A DNA stretch of 64,000 nucleotides from Octopus vulgaris (Eukaryota), in assembly GCA_951406725.2 (NCBI GenBank), contig OX597828.1, positions 16,802,001-16,866,000 on the forward strand, written 5' to 3'. Positions 53,720 to 64,000 of this stretch are shown piece after piece; position 1 is the first letter of the stretch, and each line of letters starts with the position of its first letter. The position numbers were made by a program, and so were the translations under genes. Below the pieces are notes generated by a model. It saw nothing but the letters and a program-made list of their open reading frames with translations. It had not been told where the DNA came from and did no database searches.

Positions 53720-53823
53720 GCGAAAGGATGAAAAGCAAAGTGGACCTCGGCAGAATTTGGACTCAGATCGTAGCAACCGGCGAAATACCGCTAAGCATTT
53801 CGTCCAAAATGCTAACAATTCTG
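53720..53823 (-). mobile_element. SINE family B, 5' half
   Basis: CGAAAGGATGAAAAGCAAAGTGGACCTCGGCAGAATTTGGACTCAG..CGAAATACCGCTAAGCATTTCG. Confidence 0.8.
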
Positions 53824-54185
53824 TTAAAAATTACTAATAATGATAATGAAACGAAACAGAACCGGTGCGTATTATTTATATAATGACCATCCCTAAAGGC
53901 AAAAAAAGGTGTGTTTCAAATGAGTCTACATCGAGAATCTTGCGAACCAGAAAAAATCAAAGAAAAATTTAGATGACATTTCCCCATATATATTTATCGC
54001 TTGCCGAATACTCTGCACCTAGTTTGTCACTTACAGTACCATCTGGTACGAAACCTTTCAGTTAAACAAAGCTTATCAAGGCTTCTTTTGCGGGGCACAA
54101 CGACACTGGAAAGATAAACTGACCTAGCAAACAGTGTAGGTTGACTTGAAAAATAATAAATCGGTTTGTTTGAAACACAAACATG

Positions 54186-54234
<49 letters not shown>

Positions 54235-54424
54235 ACACACACACACGTACACGTACACACGTACAGAGGCACTTAGAGTAGATCGTGGTTAGTTATGAGG
54301 ATTCCACATTTCTGAACTCATTAAAATAATTCTTGAAATGCGTTTAAGCTTTCCATAAATTATCCTATTAGCTGAACAAATATTTACGTTTTTTTCGTTT
54401 CTCAAAACACTATTGTTAATTGCT

Positions 54425-55329
54425 GAGTGGCTTTATCCATTGAATAAAAAAACAAAAAAAACAACAGCAAAAAGAAAAAAAGGAATATTACAAATATTAT
54501 CGGCTCTTTAAGCCATAACTTAGTCGTATTAAGACCTGAAATATTACAAAACAATTTTCAGTGATAGAGTAACTCTTCGGTTCCCTACTCCTGGTATCCT
54601 CACCGCTGTTCATCTTCAGAGAGACGATAAAGAAAGTACCAGTGAAATGTTGTGGTTGAACTAAAGCACTACACACGCCTCACGTTTTTCAACTCCCTCC
54701 AAAACATTTGCAGATGTGTATGTCTATCTCATACTGGGGTGTTAATGGGTTTTTATAGGTGTCTGCACGTATATATATTTTTATCTTTTATCTTTCATAC
54801 TAAATTGTTTCTGTCATTGGACTGGTAATAGTAAAGGTAAAGTTACCTTCCCGTGTAATACCGATTCATAAAGGACGGTTTCATGGTATCATCGACGTAT
54901 AACGTCCCGACCTGGATGGTCTAGCACAAGATTACTCATTTTTTGCCAGATGAGGGCTCTAGGGAAACGTGAAATGAAGTGCTTTGCTCAAGAGCATAAT
55001 GCGTCGCCCGGTCCAGGAATCGAAACCGGAATCGCTGATGCTGTCACTGTTGATGCAGTAGAATTACTATCAATGTTTCAACGTTATACATTTTTATATT
55101 TATTTTTATTTATCATTTACCTTTATGTTTATGTTTACGTTCTCGCTAACCCAGCAGTGAGCCCTAGCATGGATACTCGGAGTAGGGAACCGGGATGTTA
55201 CTCCACTGAAAGTTTTTTTTTGTAATATTTCAGGTCTTAATACGACCTGAAATAAGTTATGGCTTAAAGCTCCGATCATATTTGTAATATTCTTTTTTTT
55301 TTTTGTTTTTCAATGGATAAAGCCATTCA
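54425..55329. repeat. Long inverted repeat, arms ~180 bp (54425-54607 and 55152-55329)
   Basis: e.g. GTCGTATTAAGACCTGAAATATTACAAAA vs TTTTGTAATATTTCAGGTCTTAATACGAC; TGGCTTTATCCATTGAA vs TTCAATGGATAAAGCCA; CGGTTCCCTACTCC vs GGAGTAGGGAACCG. Confidence 0.9.
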
Positions 55330-55480
55330 CGAGCTGCTCTGTTTATGTTTGTTTGTTTTGTGTTTGAAATGTTTTTTAATGTTCTTCTTTTCATTTATTA
55401 ATTCTTGAATGCCTTTGCCATTCCGATTATCTTCTTTTAAAGGAAAACATTTTCCATATATATATATATATATCACACTT

Positions 55481-55608
55481 ATATTAGATTCTCTGAAGAG
55501 GCCGTGAGACTTCCTTGTTAATGTCTCATTTATACCTGCTTTATATGGCTAATAGGTTAAATGAGACATACATGTCTTCACGGCCGAAACAGCTGTCAGA
55601 TATGATGT
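55481..55608 (+). ncRNA. Type I hammerhead ribozyme with extended stem II
   Basis: CTGAAGA (55493-55499); stem II GGCCGTGA/TCACGGCC; GAAA (55586-55589); C-AGCT-G-TC with predicted cleavage after GUC 55597; stem I TCT/AGA plus ATATTA/TGATGT. Confidence 0.8.
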
Positions 55609-55788
55609 AATTGTATTTTATATTTCTATTTCCATGTCTAGTTATATTTGCAATATATTATGTATAATGTTATTGCTGTTATGTAATGGTGTATTGATTG
55701 GGTATTATCTGATGGTTGATGATTGATTGATTTAAGTATGTTTCTCCATTTTCTCATTTTGTATATATATATATATATATATTTATTA

Positions 55789-56431
55789 TTTTATTCTTTT
55801 ACTTGTTTCAGTCATTTGACTGTGGCCATGCCGGAGCACCACCTTTTCTTTTAGTCGAACAAATCGACCCAGGACTTATTCTTTGCAAGTCTAATACCTA
55901 TTCTATCGGTCTGTTTTTGCCGAACCGCTGATATATGGGGACGTAAACACACCAGCATGGCTTGTCAAGCGATGTTGTGGGGGGATAAACACAGACACAA
56001 ACACACGTACACACACACGCACGCACACACGCACACACACACACAAACACACACACACACACACACGACCGCGTGTGTACCGTTGGCGATTTTTTCCCTC
56101 TGTCTTCCCTTCTCTGGATCTTTCATTCTCCTATGTTTCCGACGAAGAGCTCCGCTCGAAACGTTATACCCTCCTACTTTCCTTCTTTCCTGAGCGTCCA
56201 ATAATACTATATTTGTTCCACGTCCTCGCGTTGTTGTGTTTTTTTGTGATTTCTTGTTTGGATTAACTTTATATAAGACGGTCTTTCAGTTTCCGTCTAA
56301 CAAATTCCATTCACAAAACTTTGGACGGCTCGAGACTATAGTAGAAGACACTTGCCCAGGTGCCACGCAGTGGGACTGAAGCCAGAACCAAGTGGTTGGA
56401 AAGCAAACTACTTACTACACAGCTACTCCTG
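55789..56431 (-). mobile_element. SINE family A interrupted by a PLE-like insert
   Basis: Tail half 55789-56066 and head half 56273-56431. Confidence 0.85.
56068..56272 (+). mobile_element. Short PLE-like terminal-repeat fragment with minimal hammerhead variant
   Basis: GTTT-CCGACGA-A-GAGC-TCC-GCTC-GAAACGTT-ATAC at 56135-56169; reverse-complement homolog of 21471-21690. Confidence 0.7.
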
Positions 56432-56481
<50 letters not shown>

Positions 56482-56573
56482 ATATATATATATGTATATA
56501 TATACACATACTTGTAAATATATATATATACACACACACACCTGCACACACACACAATTCACATGTATGTATA

Positions 56574-56715
56574 GGTGTAGGCGTTACTGTGTGGTAAGAT
56601 TGCTGCTTCCCAACCACATGCGTCTGGTTTCATTAACACTGTGCGGCACCTTTGACGAAAGTTCCTCTTCTTGTGAACGGGTTTGATAGGCGGAAACTGA
56701 AAGAAGCCTGTCGTA

Positions 56716-56773
<58 letters not shown>

Positions 56774-56924
56774 CCTACCTACCTATTTATCTCTCTCTCT
56801 CTATATATATATATATACACATATATATGTACATGTATGTGTATATGTATGTGTGTGTGCTTGTGTATGTGTGAATAAGTACTAGGCTTAAGAAATAAGT
56901 ACTGAGGTCGATTTGTCCGACTAA
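56574..56924 (+). mobile_element. SINE family A, internally deleted
   Basis: CTGTGTGGTAAG..CCCAACCACATG..CGGAAACTGAAAGAAGCCTGTCGTAT..GAATAAGTACTAGGCTT. Confidence 0.75.
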
Positions 56925-56957
56925 ATTAAATATATATAAATATATATATATGCACTA

Positions 56958-57085
56958 AATTTACTCACAAGGTTTTGGTCTGCTTGAAGGTATAGAAGAA
57001 AATATTTGTGCAATGTGCCACACTTTGGGACTGAACCCGGAACAAGTTGATAAGAAGCAAGTTTTGTTTATCACACCACCACACC
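56958..57085 (-). mobile_element. SINE family A, head fragment
   Basis: ACTCACAAGGTTTTGGTC..GGGACTGAACCCGGAAC. Confidence 0.7.
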
Positions 57086-57592
57086 AGTAGAAAAAGGGGA
57101 GACATTTTGTAGAACAGACGGAAAGAAAAGAACGTAATAGATAAATATATAGTATTTGTGTTCACGTCTGTCCGATATAGAAATGAACTGAAAAATGAGA
57201 GCAGAAGGGCACCCAGGTCCCATGACCTGGATGCGGCTGCGTTCTCTGTGACTGTAAGAAATTTAGGAACGAAACACTTGTGTGGGTAGGGTCTCCTTTC
57301 GGGAGACCTGCTATTTAGTACTCACTCTCCACTCTTTCTTATGACTGTTATAGTTTTTCATTTCAAATCGGCGGTAAGTTACAAAATGAAGTGAAGAACA
57401 GAGTCTGGTCTCATGCAGGAACTGGTTAGGCCTACGATCAAAATTTTGTACATTAATGGTAAATATAGAAACATACACACACACTCCACACATGCATGTA
57501 TGTATATATATATACATTAATAGATATACATACATACATTGAAATATACATTTTACATATATATATACATATATATGCATATATATACATAC

Positions 57593-57651
<59 letters not shown>

Positions 57652-57871
57652 AACATACATACAGATATAAATGCTCACACTCAGCCACTTGTATCCATGC
57701 ACATACTTATATAGAGCGAGACACACGAAAGAAGTTTGTATGTATTTGTCAGTAAAAATTCCTGTGTCTGAATGTATTTTTTAAAATTATATTTATATTA
57801 TAATAACTGTTGCAGTGAAACAGTAACACGATATAATCTAACCCCAAGATCAACTAATCATATTCGCAAAA

Positions 57872-57945
<74 letters not shown>

Positions 57946-58649
57946 CATTTAACACAGAAACCAGATAGATTAGAAAAGTAAACAGGACGAAAGAGAATAT
58001 ACGAAAATGACATGGTTAGTTCAAGATAGAGCTATTATATAAACATAAATGAATAAAATAGCGTCGTAACCTTTTGCATAGAAACAGAATATAAACTAAT
58101 ATATTATTCATTACTTCACCCAAACTAAACAATCTTGACTAATCTGAACTGTATTGACTATTCTGAACTGTCCCCGCCAGTTAATTCCCCTTACCCACCC
58201 ATTTTCCTGATCGTCTCTGAAATTTCCTTTCCTTTCTTGTTCATCGCTAATCCGTTCACGGGTTTTCCCCTGTTATTACAGATTCTGTGTCCAGTAATGT
58301 CAGAATAGTGTCTAATCGGGAGAACATGGATTCTATATATTTTCAAGGCTCATTAGACCCCTAGCTTTCAAAGACCCAGGCATGTTGAAGCGGCTAATTG
58401 ATTAGTTGTACGTTGATTCTGTGCTGACTCACTTTGACATCAATTTTGATTTAGCGCAGATCCTTTCAACACAATTAACCGAGTGACCCATCCTTCTAGA
58501 TATATATCTCACTTAAACCTAATCAAGACCCGAATGCGTACAGTCCCAAATCGCTAATTGTAGCCGTTATTCGTTGTCGACATGTGTTTAATAGATATTC
58601 TCTGTTCGTACGATCTCTCTGGAACAACGACCATAACACGTTGGTAAAA

Positions 58650-59200
58650 AAAGGCTTTTATGGGTCCGCATAGGATTATGTTGGGTCAATGAGCGATCAA
58701 GTCCATCGTACGCCAAGCTTTGATTGCAATACGTAGGAAGAGGAAATGCAATGCATGTCTTGCAATGCGTTCTAGGTTCACGTTTTTCACTGTGACGCTC
58801 GGGTGATGGAACCCTCATAAAGTGATGGAGCCCTCCCAAATGATACGTCGCTATTGGTGTCGTTCATTCGTCAACCAATCATTCTTGTCCACACTGGTGC
58901 TGCATCTTACTAAATTTCATTTTCGTACATCTCTGAATCTCTTCGTTTGACCTCTTTCCATTCATTGTCTTTCATAGTTCACGAAGAAAGCTATTCTTTG
59001 GATATACACATGTCCACAATGCGCACTACATAAAACCATTGAATCTGATATCTTGTGACCATGCGTAAGAATCGTCCTGCCTGGGGATGCTAATCTTCAT
59101 CTGTGTGTTTTGCTATGAGATGTACGGGATGTTCCTCGCACATCTTTACCGTCGTATCTCCAGCTTCTACAATTATCACTTCTATCATGTCCAAGTTAAG
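58650..59200 (-). pseudogene. Highly degenerate RTE LINE 3' relic
   Basis: Minus-strand patches KLEIRR*RCARNIPYIS*QN, RGQTKRFRDVRK*NL and HNPMRTH resemble RTE C-terminal motifs. Confidence 0.4.
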
Positions 59201-59788
59201 CTAACTTTGAAGTACAATTCAGATATCGATAAGTATACTTGGTTCTCAATCTTCTTCGCAGTTATTCTTGAACTCAATCTGGCAAAGGACCGCCTGGAAT
59301 CTAGATTTTGTTCCACTAGATTTTATTCCACTGAAAATATTTAGTCTTGGAGGACACAGTTTGAAATCAAGGATCACGACTGCATCTTTAATTGAAATTC
59401 AATACGCAGATGATATGACACTTAATGCGACTTAGCAGAGCAGAATAACAGTGACTTAGCTATAGTTATGCTGTCGTTTATATTTCTAACTCTGAAACTA
59501 AGACAAAGTGCTTGCATCAGCATACTCCGAAGGCAGCAAGCTAGTTGATTCATTTTGGGTATATGGAAGCATGATGGGAAATGCGCATCCAAGGTTTTTA
59601 GTCACATATCATAGAATGCAAATATACAAAGTAAAATTTGGTAGGCAAGAAAAATCTCAGAAAATCTACACTGACGGAAAAACACTCCTTCACATACGCT
59701 GTCTCAGAGCCAGACTCACATATATGCACATATACTATCGATATGTATACGGCTATGTTACATAAACATGTATATATGTATATATTCG

Positions 59789-59875
<87 letters not shown>

Positions 59876-59885
59876 ACATATACTG

Positions 59886-60106
59886 TCTTTTATTCTTTTA
59901 CTTATTTCAGTCATTTTGACTGTGGCCATGCAGGAGCACAGACTTCATTCGAGCAAATCGACCACAGGACTTATTCTTTGTAAGCCTAGTACTAGTTCTA
60001 TCGGTCTCTTTTGCCGAACTGCTAACATATGGGGACGTAAACACACTAGCTTCGGTTGTCAAGTGATGTTGGGGGGACAAACACAAACACACAAACATAT
60101 ATACAC

Positions 60107-60161
<55 letters not shown>

Positions 60162-60316
60162 CGTATATACGGCGGGCTTTTTTCCGTTTCCGTCAACCAA
60201 ATCCACTCACAAGGCTTTGTTCGGTTCGAGGCTACGGTAGAAGACACTTGCCCAAGGTGCTACGCAGTGGGACTGAACCCGGAATCATGTAGTTGGTAAG
60301 CAAGCTACTTACCACT
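59886..60316 (-). mobile_element. SINE family A
   Basis: Family A tail, body and most of the head. Confidence 0.9.
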
Positions 60317-60368
60317 CATATATACAGAGATGGAAAATGATAGATAGAAAACTGAAATGTAGATATGC

Positions 60369-60438
<70 letters not shown>

Positions 60439-61209
60439 TATATTTGTGGGTGTATGTATATGTTTACACACAAATAATATACATACATATACTAACAAAA
60501 TAGTCGTTGTCTGGGCAGGCTTTTAGACTGGTTTCTGTTGTGGGCTGGTGGACCTTCAACCTGAAATAAGATTGTGGAATAGAAGATCGTATGAAGAAGA
60601 CGCGAGAAAACATCAATAATTCTTTATTAGCATAAATAGAATTTATGACAGGAAAATTTGTCGACTCAAAATTCGATCCGATTTCCTGGCGCCTTACTGT
60701 TGCTCATACTTAATCATTTGTTTGCTCTTAAAACTCCACCCGATCTAGTCGAGCCGAATTATCATTGGAACTTTTTTCTTCTTGCCTGAAAGTAAGAAAT
60801 GGTCTTAATCATAATACAAAAATAAATAAATAAATAAATAAAAAAGAAAAAAGAAAGCCAAAGTAAAGACCAAAAACAAAAGAAGTTATTTTCCTCTAGG
60901 AGATTGTTCTCCATATACCGAAACTAAATAAGTCTTCACGTTCCTTCGATTTCGTCTGCTGGGTGAATTATTTAATGAATTTGTTATTCAGAGACATCTT
61001 ATTCCGAACCAACACGAAAAGTCCTTTATCATTGAAGAACATGTAACAATGAAAGTCGGTCCAAAACTGTTGATTAGCTTGCGGTTGCCAATGGATACTT
61101 GGTACTGACGAAGCCTGGAAAACGAAGTGTGCAGCTAGTAATACCATCATCGCTGTTGGACGATTCTCCGCGTGCTTCTGCTGTGATATATATTTCTATT
61201 AGCATTGTG

Positions 61210-61210
<1 letters not shown>

Positions 61211-61243
<33 letters not shown>

Positions 61244-61259
61244 GTCATCGTCATCATCA

Positions 61260-61328
<69 letters not shown>

Positions 61329-61380
61329 GTCGTCGTCGTCACCGTCATCATCATCGTCATCGTCATCATCATCATCATCC

Positions 61381-61424
<44 letters not shown>

Positions 61425-61467
61425 GTCGTCGTCGTCGTCATCGTCATCAGCATCGTCATCGTCATCG

Positions 61468-61519
<52 letters not shown>

Positions 61520-61520
61520 T
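61211..61520. repeat. (CAT)n/(CGT)n trinucleotide repeat
   Basis: Direct reading. Confidence 0.95.
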
Positions 61521-62135
61521 ATTTTCAGCAACAACAACAACACGCTTATTACCATCTTCAGCGCTGCTAACACCATCAGTAGCGCTAATATTTTAGGGGG
61601 TTACACAGCATGAACGAGTACCGATATCACCCGCGCCAACATCACCACACCCACCATCATAAGACTATCATCAACATCTCCACACTAATTGTCACCCCAT
61701 CACGACCAATACTACTACCACTACCAAAACTGCCATTACTACAACGACGACGACGACGACCACCACCACCACCACCACCACCACAATCACCATCAATAAC
61801 AACAACAACGATAGCACTACCTCTGTCACTACCTTCACTACGAACACCAGCACGAAAACCTACCACGAACAGCAAAACCACCTCCACCACTGTCTCGAAG
61901 AGCACCACAACCACCAAGGCCATCCTCCCCCACCGATACCACCACCACCACCGGCAAAAAGGAAACACTAAGGTTGCCATTGTATCTACTAGAAATAGCA
62001 GCCAATTATTTCTTGTAAGTTTAAAGAGGACTCGTCGAGTATTGTGGTATTTGGTTCCCTGAACACTTGGAAAACGATCCGAGATGGCCATAAAAGGGAA
62101 TGCATTTGATCAAGGGTCTTGCTTCATCACGGCAT

Positions 62136-62316
62136 ACTCTTTTACCATTTTACTTGTTTCAGTCATGTGACAGCGGCCATTCTGGAGCACCGGGACTTAT
62201 TCTTTGTAAGCCTAGTACGCATTCTATCGCTCTCTTTTGCCGAACCGGTAAATTACGGGGACGTAAACACACCTGCATCGGTTGTCAAGCGATGTTGGGG
62301 TAACAAACAGAAGACA

Positions 62317-62400
<84 letters not shown>

Positions 62401-62563
62401 CGACGGGCTTCTTTCAGTTTCCGTCTACCAAATCCATTCACATGGTGTTGGTCGGCCCGAGGCTACAGTAGAAGACACTTGCCCAAGGTGCCAGGCAGTG
62501 GGACTGAACCCGGAACCATGTGGTTGGTAAGTAAGCTACTTACCACACAGCCACTGCTGCGCC
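62136..62563 (-). mobile_element. SINE family A with internal (CA)n
   Basis: Family A head and tail. Confidence 0.9.
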
Positions 62564-62689
62564 TAGGGTTAAAAATATTATAAAACACCAGCATCACCGT
62601 CATTTGTGGGAACGGTCTGCAATCAACAACTACTTCTATCGCTACTACAAACAACAAACGTCGCTACGATTACCACCACCCTCATCCCC

Positions 62690-63091
62690 ATAAACCACCA
62701 CTATCATCATCACCACCACCACCACCACCACCACCATCATCAACATTACGTCAACATAATCCTCTACCACTATATTGACCATCGTAATCATCATCATCAT
62801 CATTTTCATCAACATCATCACCATCTGCAACAGCATCGTCATCATCATCTTCATCATTTCATCGTCATCATCATCATCATCATCGTCATCATCATCATCA
62901 TCGCCATCCTCCTCCTTCTCCTCCCCATCATCATCATCGTTGACTTCGTCGTCATCTTCATCATCGTTCCCATCATCATCCCCATCATTTTATCACCACC
63001 TGGACGACGACAGCTCCCATTATCATAATCATCATCACCACCACCGACTCCATATTCATCATCGTTGTCTTCGTCGTCGTCGTCCTCGTCG

Positions 63092-63123
<32 letters not shown>

Positions 63124-63140
63124 GTCGTCGTCGTCGTCAT
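62690..63140. repeat. Degenerate (CAT)n/(CAC)n tract
   Basis: Direct reading. Confidence 0.9.
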
Positions 63141-63423
63141 TAATAACTACCATCAAACGATTTTTCTCGAAATAGGTTTCTAAGGAAAGCTCCAAACATC
63201 TATTTCCACCACTGTGTCACACTCACGACAAAGTCGCTCCACCGCCGCCAACACCATCACCTCCGCCTCCTCCAACCCCTACCAACTTCCACCCACCCCC
63301 GCCAGTGGCTGCTTCCAATTTATCGCGGTTCTCACATAATCGTACTTTATTCTGTTGGCGTTAAATTGGTGATGTCAGTATCGCTGATGTAGGTTGTTAC
63401 CGCTACAACGGAGGGAGGAGAAA

Positions 63424-63457
63424 AATAATAATAATAATAATAATGATAATAATAATA

Positions 63458-63523
<66 letters not shown>

Positions 63524-63537
63524 TAATAATGATAATA
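63424..63537. repeat. (AAT)n microsatellite
   Basis: Direct reading. Confidence 0.95.
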
Positions 63538-63887
63538 AATATATAAGAAAAATCTATATAAAAATACGACTTCTTTAATATAGGCAAACAGAACGCAAGT
63601 ATACCTTGCCTTGCCAAACATTTGCCAAAGATTTTAATCTGCTTACCTGCCAAACTATTTATGAGATACAGCTTCGGTTCTTTAATAATTCCTTACTTTC
63701 TTCTCCTTCTTCTCTTCCTATCTTGATCTACTACCAATCGTTTTCGGTTTTACTTTTATTTCTGCAAGCTTTTGTCGAGCAAATTCAGGTGCTATGATAA
63801 TTCTTTGCATGTATTTCAATCAATCAGCTGTGCTGCCGCTGAAATTGTCACTGTTGCTGCGGTAGAAATACTATCAGCGTTTCAACG

Positions 63888-64000
<113 letters not shown>

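Overview
AT-rich, microsatellite-saturated eukaryotic non-coding DNA (intronic or intergenic). The SINE families and dense (TA)n/(TACA)n/(ATT)n/(CAT)n tracts resemble an Octopus (coleoid cephalopod) genome; that assignment is inference from family recognition, not a search. No host protein-coding gene can be supported, and almost all supplied ORFs are simple-repeat or SINE translation artefacts. Supported content: (1) several dozen copies of about six modular tRNA-derived SINE families, labelled A-F here; (2) retrotransposon relics, namely a young 5'-truncated non-LTR element with an open RT frame (Proto2/CR1-group-like), a second 3' end of that type, RTE fragments and two Penelope-like element (PLE) pseudogenes; (3) a complete non-autonomous Helitron nested in one PLE ORF and a Tigger/pogo transposase relic. 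The most notable unannotated signals are RNA-structural: several hammerhead-ribozyme motifs on short TA-embedded PLE-like inserts (one with a full core and an unusually long stem II), a covarying 3' stem-loop shared between LINE ends and the dominant SINE, and several long inverted repeats that could form dsRNA. Repeat boundaries were read by eye and are approximate unless exact motifs are quoted.
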